Below are positions 57,754 through 64,000 of a stretch of 64,000 nucleotides of DNA, one piece after another. The position numbers were made by a program, and so were the translations under genes. Location of the stretch: contig OX597819.1 of assembly GCA_951406725.2 (NCBI GenBank), forward strand, positions 111,104,001 to 111,168,000, read 5' to 3'. Each line of letters starts with the position of its first letter. Positions within the stretch are counted from its first letter, which is position 1. Source of the DNA: Octopus vulgaris. Its lineage: Eukaryota. The notes under the pieces are model-generated. The model did not search any database, was not told where the DNA came from, and was given only the letters and a program-made list of their open reading frames with translations.

Positions 57754-58497
57754 GCATACATACATATATAACATGGCGATATATATTTGTTTAATTACGT
57801 GTATGTGAGTGTGTCTGCGTCTGCGTAATAACTCTGTCATGGCGGTCAAGTAAGAAGTGAAGTCAGACGAACGACTGGAAACAGCTTGACTGTAAAGTAA
57901 ACAAATGCGGAAGGGGGGGGGGGAGCCACAATCACCTGCCACAAGATGCACGCAGTTGTCTGTGTACATAACGGCATTGATGACTCTTTCTCTCACTTAC
58001 TCACTCACTCAGTTTGTCTCTCTTTCTGTCTGCTCTCCCTCTATCTCCCTCCCTCTCCCTTTCTCTCTTCCTTCTCTTTCTATTGCCCCTATCATCTCAT
58101 TGTATTTCAATGCAGTACACCAGGCTATTATTTCTGTTTGAATCGCACACATGTTCATATATACACACATTTCTACAACGCACAGCGTATGTCATGTGTT
58201 TGAGTTGCGCGTGCCTCATCATTTACTTAGACACACACACACACACACACACACAAGCAGATAGTGAGAAACACACAGAAAGACACACACACTTACACAT
58301 GTGTGTGTATGTGTATGTATGTATGTGTATCTGTCAAATTATGTGCAGAAATCTGGAAATCTGAAAATCATTGCTGTTTTAATAAATATACACAAAATAC
58401 GCATGTTTATAAGTATATATACATTTCTAATATATATAGCATGTGTATATTTGTTTGTATGTATATACATACACACACACACACATATATATATATA

Positions 58498-58576
<79 letters not shown>

Positions 58577-58644
58577 ATGTGTGCGTGTGTGTTTGTGTGG
58601 AGAGAAGAGAGACAAAGGTAGAGACAAAGGCACAAGTTCTTGAA

Positions 58645-58866
58645 TATGGCGAGCTGGCAGAAATGTTAGCATGCCGGGCGAAATGCTTAGCGGTATTTCG
58701 TCTGCCGTTACGTTCTGAGTTCAAATTCTGCCGAGGTCGACTTTGCCTTTAATCCTTTCGGGGTCGATAAATTAAGTACCAGTTACGCACTGGGGTCGAT
58801 GCAATCAACTTAATCCGTTTGTCCCCTCTATGTTTAGCCCCTTGTGGGCAATAAAAAAAGAAATAA
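58645..58866 (+). mobile_element. tRNA-derived SINE family B (Meta/Sauria-like central domain), representative
   Basis: A box TGGCAGAAATG, B box GAGTTCAAAT, and central gcctttaatcctttcggggtcgataaattaagtacc. Other copies: 37198-37413 -, 49510-49622 +, 53345-53462 -, 56538-56749 -, 56850-57065 +. Confidence 0.88.
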
Positions 58867-59546
58867 GAATTAAGGAGGGGCTGGAAAAAAGTGAAAGAGA
58901 CACAGTAAAGTAAAAGCGGGAATATGAGCCAGCCCTTTTACACTTTGTTCATTCTACACTTCGTTCTTTCGTCCCCCCTCTCTCACATTGCCTGGCCTTC
59001 TCTTCATGCTCACTTTCTCTCTTTCATTTCACTGTGTCTCTCTCATTTTCTCGCCCCTCCTTAATGTTTCTATCCCTCTGCCTCTACCTCTCTCTCTTCT
59101 CTCCCCACGTGACCGGTGTTCGACCAGGCCTGGCATATCTTTCTTGGTTCGACTACCATCAGTGCAACATCTATATTCCTTCCTGTGCCTGTTAAATCTT
59201 ATGTCCCTGCCATAAGACTTTACTTCCACACACGCCAGCTTAGCTTAATTCGTCCTTAGTCGAAAGACACCTGTTGTTACGTCCTGCTAATTGCTCTGTT
59301 TTTTTTTTCTGTCTTTGCTTTCGTATATATTCACTGCTTTCTTCCTTGGAATCTAATGCTCTTATTTTATTTTTTCTTTGGGGCTAGCCAGATTGGAACT
59401 ATCTCGAGTATAACCAACTGAAATTGCAAAGATAATCTGGAACTCGACTGAGGATAGAAAACTCCGAATGATCCGTCCTTGTCTTCCTCGTATCGTCTGT
59501 CTGGATATTTTGTTGTCCCTTTGTTGTATTTCTTTATATATATATG

Positions 59547-59578
<32 letters not shown>

Positions 59579-60261
59579 TGTATGTATGTATGTATGTATG
59601 TATGTATGTATGTATGTATGTATATCTATACAGAGATACATAGATAGAAAGATAAAGGTATACATATATACATGCATATGTATATATACATATATATCAA
59701 TAAATAAGTAAAAGCAGTAAAAGACAGAACAATGAGAACAAAACAGTAAAAACAAACGGTGAGAGCTGTTAAGTCAAGATGATAGAAAAATTACTGTTCT
59801 TACTTTTTATTGTTTTTACTGTTTTGTTCTCGCTGTCCTGTTCTTGTTACCACTTTCACCCTCAGCAAAAATTCGCAAATTTTATTTAATTTGCTTTGCG
59901 GGAGGGACTGTTTCCATGAATTCGCGTCTTGTCCTTACCTTCGTACGCGGAGAAGTTGAAACTGGTACAACTGAAGGAGGGGAATATTCTTTATGTTGCA
60001 TGTCTCGTTTCTCTGTTATTTTTGGTTGTTCGAAAACAGTTCGTTTCTATGTTTCTGTTTTTTGTTTTCGTTTCTCATTGTGTTCAATGTTTTTTCGATA
60101 TCTTGTACCCATATATGCATGTATATATACATATGTATGTAGGTATGTACATATATGTATGTATATATGTATATATTTATATATTATTTATATTATTTTA
60201 TGACCGAACGCCACGCATCCTTTTCCAAGTAAGTTTATCTATCTCTCTCTCTCTCTATCTA

Positions 60262-60318
<57 letters not shown>

Positions 60319-60520
60319 GTGCGTCCATATATACGTAGATGATCCATACAGTCCTTTACACATGCGTTCAACGCACGCAACGCCATCAGATGCACACGAT
60401 AATTTATTAGCCAATTAAACACACACATTTAATTTCCGTGACCTTTTTGCGAATTCTTAGGCTACGATCTTCCATAAATTCCGGCCTCAACAACAGTAGC
60501 TCCAACAACAACAACAACAG

Positions 60521-60910
60521 TGGAGGCGCAATGGCCCAATGGTTAGGGCAGCGGACTCGCGGTCGGAGGATCGCGGTTTCGATTCCCAGACCGGGCGTTG
60601 TGTGTATTTATTGAGCGAAAACACTTAAAGCTCTACGAGGCTCCGGCAGGGGGTGGTGGCGACCCCAGTTGTACTCTTTCGCTGCAACTTTTGCTCACTC
60701 TTTCTTCCTGTTTCTTGTCTCCGACTTCCTACACAACCCCTGAGCCTGGATGCGCATTCATCCATCCGTCGATGCTCTCGGTGTCGGGGGTTGAACTGCT
60801 TTCTCTTCTGCGGGTCTTTCGAATAGCAAAGGACCACGTTTCGGACTTCTCCCATCTTACGAGTTTTGGGACGAAGACCGTTCGCTCAACAGCAACAGCA
60901 ACAACAACAG
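60521..60910 (+). mobile_element. SINE family D head with a different 3' module and (CAA)n tail
   Basis: Matches the 36992 copy up to tttcttcctgtttcttg (60717), then continues into unrelated GC-richer sequence. CAA tracts lie on both sides. Confidence 0.8.
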
Positions 60911-61004
60911 CAAAAGTAAATTCGACACTAAGAACAGTATCTGAAACAAACGAAACAGCAAAAATGAGATCGATAACTTTAATAACAACAGCAACAATAA
61001 TAAT

Positions 61005-61396
61005 TTTTTTCTACTATAGGCATAAGGTCTGGGTGAGGGGGATATTCGATTTCATCGTCTCCAGTGCGTGATTGGTACTTATTTAATCGACCCCAAAAGG
61101 ATGAAAGGCAAAGTTGACCTCGGCGGAATTTGAACTCAGAACGTAGCGGCAGACGAAATACCTATTTCTTTACTATCCACAAGGGGCTAAACACAGAGAG
61201 GACAAAGAAGGACAGACAAACGGATTAAGTCGATTACATCACCCTCCGTGCGTAAATGGTACTTATTTAATCGACCCCGAAAGGATGAAAGGCAAAGTCG
61301 ACCTCGGCGGAATTCGAACTCAGAAAGTAACGGTAGACGAAATGCGGCTACGCATTTCGCCCGGCGTGCTAACGATTCTGTCAATTCGCCGCCTTC
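61005..61396 (-). mobile_element. Dimeric SINE family B
   Basis: Two tandem units with the same junction (gacgaaatac|ctatttcttta) as the 27759 dimer. Confidence 0.88.
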
Positions 61397-62164
61397 TGCT
61401 AATGTTAATATTAAAATGTGAATGATTGAGTATTCCACAGGCACTAGTACTCTTAAAAATATTCCTTACGTAGAATCAATATGAAAAGGCTGAACTCGGG
61501 AAACGCCGTCGTTATGCATCTAATAGGCTGCTGTAAAGAATCCGTCAATTCGATCTCACTGATTCGACTCGACGCTACAACGCTGCACTTGTCTAAGGTA
61601 TAACCCAAATGATATTGGACTCGGGAACAAGCGATTGTGAGCAGAAGTACTTAGCCATTTCACCCTGTTGAATACATACATGCGTTCATACATGCATATA
61701 CATCTTTTTGAAATCCAAAATACACTACACACACACACACACATATGAGGGCGTGTGTTGCGCTCGTGTGTGTGTGGCGTATATTGTGTGTACAAATTAA
61801 TGTACAACTACTACAGTTAAGAAGCTTAGAGCTAACGTTCATTAGCATAGCCGCTTCTGATTCCATTATAGTCGTTAAGCAAATACTATACTTTGTAGTA
61901 TTACTAGTTATGACATAATAAGTAAATGAATTAGAAATTACAAGTTTATATTATTAGTTCCTACGTACGTTTCATCATCCTTGTTGATTGGAACTTTGCT
62001 TTGGATGTCCCAAGCGCAGTTAGATATTTAACCAAAACGAAATGCACAATCCGCTAATGATGAAACGTACTAAAGCCTCAACTAAACCCTCGGGCCGTCC
62101 AAAGTCTAAAGCGTAGTACGTAGATTTGGTAGACAGAAACTGAAAGAAGCCCATCGTATATCTA

Positions 62165-62221
<57 letters not shown>

Positions 62222-62445
62222 CTTCTCACAATGGACGGACGATAGTCATATCGGCTCCACGTAAGTTGGCCACTTTTACATGTTTAAAACTCCTTGTTGT
62301 CAAATATTTTGTTTTAATCGTTGTGCAAGTTCATTCACTAAAAAACCTGAGAATTATTCACGTAGAATTCCGCCCCTGTATGGGCGAAATTACAAAAAAA
62401 CTTTCAAAACTTTCGTGGGTTTTTTAGCCATTTTTCATTTTGAAA

Positions 62446-64000
62446 ATGGCAACTAGAAACCACGTGGCTAGCCCGCCAGTCATGCAGAACGGTAGCAAAA
62501 CACTATTGCTACCACTAACTACTAAACATCGCAGCGTGAACACTGCTGTCACCACCATCACCACCACCACCAACAACAACAACAAATCTAACGCCGCATT
62601 CACCATCGCCGCGACCAAAGACATTAACTTAGATTTCCCCTCACTCCCCACACCACTTGTTGATGATAAAGGGACAGAGAAAGGGATTTCAAAAATGAAT
62701 ACAAACGAAAACATGAATGCCAGCACCACCACCATCACCACCAACAACAACAACAACGAAATTGGCACAAAGCCGCCTACCAAAGACAACACCGCCAACA
62801 CCAACACCACTACTACGACGTCAAATGCTACATCCAAGCCTTCTACTGCTAATACCGCCAACACCAACACCACTACCATGACTTCAATTAACACTGCCAC
62901 AATTAACACTTCTACTGCCAAATTCAAAACGAATTTTGCGGACGTAACAAAACAAAAAAGAACAATTGTAACATTCACCACACAAGAGATAAACCGCACA
63001 AAGGCACTCTTCTCCAAAGAAGGAGACAAATTGCACCTTCACATTCCACAACACATCGTGGAAAACACCAAAAAAAAAACAATAATTTATAAAGTAATAA
63101 ACAAAAAAACAAGAAGAACAGAAAATGCACCGCAGAAAAAATCGAAAAATGCCTTCGTCCTGCATGGGACTCCAAGGAATATATCAGTTGGGGAAACAAA
63201 TTTGGTACAGTCCAAGTACGTTTCCTCAACGAAAGTTTAGCAAAACGTTTTTCCACATTGGAGCTACATTCGGACGACTTGGTAATGATACCAGTCTATT
63301 TAAACAAAAGGGTCACGAAAGTCCAAATAAAAAACATACCATTTGATGTCGAAACACAATGGTTGGTCTCTGCCATCTGCTTTGAAATGTCAGAGACAAT
63401 GTCAGAGACAAACATCCTGGAAATCGCGGTTCTAGGAGAGAAAGACTATGTGGGCAAATCAATCGAATTCCTGCTTCAATTGGATGAAGCAGCAAGAGAG
63501 AAGATACCCACCTCTATAGAACTGCCAGGAGGCTACAAACTCTATATAGTGGTTGAGGGCAGGCGACCACGCTGCTATTTGTGTGGAAGCGAAACACACT
63601 TGAAAAAGACGTGCCCAACCACTGCACACCAAGAGCAACAACAACAACCACTACCACAACCAAAGCACTCCGGAAAAAAAGCTCTACTACCCACACCACC
63701 ATCAACACAGAAGACGACAAGAGAAGCACACCAAGCTAATCCGTCATCAACCAAAAACCACTCAACACCTGGAAAAATACCAACACCACCAACAACAGCA
63801 AAACCCAAAGGAACAGAAAAACAAAGAAAACACACACAAACTGATCCCCCATCCCTTATACCGCACTCAACACACACAAACACTCAACAACCAACAACAA
63901 CGAAAACAACAACACAACCACTTACACAGACATACATAGAAGCCCACAACATACCCCTACCCCCTTCTGATTCCTCAGAAATTTCGTCGGAAGACGAAAC
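62446..64000 (+). mobile_element. Non-LTR retrotransposon (L1/Tx1-like) ORF1 gag-like protein with CCHC zinc knuckle, one frameshift, truncated by window end
   Basis: ORF starts at ATG 62446 with a Thr/Asn-rich N-terminus. The -1 frame is open from 63093 to 64000 and reads ...KCTAEKIEKCLRPAW...KVQIKNIPFDV...IPTSIELPGGYKLYIVVEGRRPRCYLCGSETHLKKTCP. The CX2CX4HX4C motif is at 63573-63614, followed by a low-complexity P/T/Q tail. Confidence 0.8.

Noticed and set aside
59444-59490. CTGAGGA-tagaaaactc-cGAAt...GTC hammerhead-like string (inverted copy near 54793-54823)
   Set aside because: Both copies have GAAT instead of GAAA and lack stem I and III pairing.
60521-60597. tRNA-like sequence with A and B boxes (also ~36915-36992, 41362-41435, 54998-55070)
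   Set aside because: Each continues into a SINE body and lacks a convincing acceptor stem, so these are SINE heads rather than tRNA genes.
61965-62070. 14-bp inverted repeat gtacgtttcatcat / atgatgaaacgtac
   Set aside because: Single instance with no TSD or family evidence, so it cannot be called a MITE.
62424-63029. 201-aa hydrophobic minus-strand ORF
   Set aside because: It is the antisense shadow of the ACC/AAC-rich LINE ORF1.

Overview
AT-rich, microsatellite-saturated animal non-coding DNA. The repeat repertoire strongly resembles an octopus (coleoid cephalopod) genome; that attribution is inference from repeat-family recognition, not a search. No intact host protein-coding gene is visible, and nearly all tracked ORFs are translations of (TA)n, (CA)n, (TATC)n, (TATG)n, (AAT)n or (CAC)n tracts. 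Recognisable content: (1) dozens of tRNA-derived SINE copies of about four families; (2) Tc1/mariner fossils, including a DD37D maT-type copy with TIRs; (3) an internally deleted Helitron; (4) R4/Dong-type RLE LINE and CR1-group LINE remnants; (5) a nearly intact L1/Tx1-like ORF1 with a CCHC zinc knuckle that runs off the right end. The most notable signal is about nine minimal type-I hammerhead-ribozyme-like motifs in short non-coding, mostly microsatellite-flanked elements resembling Penelope-like termini. One has an intact core (40675-40717) and sits inside a perfect 82-bp inverted repeat. All alignments and folds were done by eye, and many repeat boundaries are approximate.
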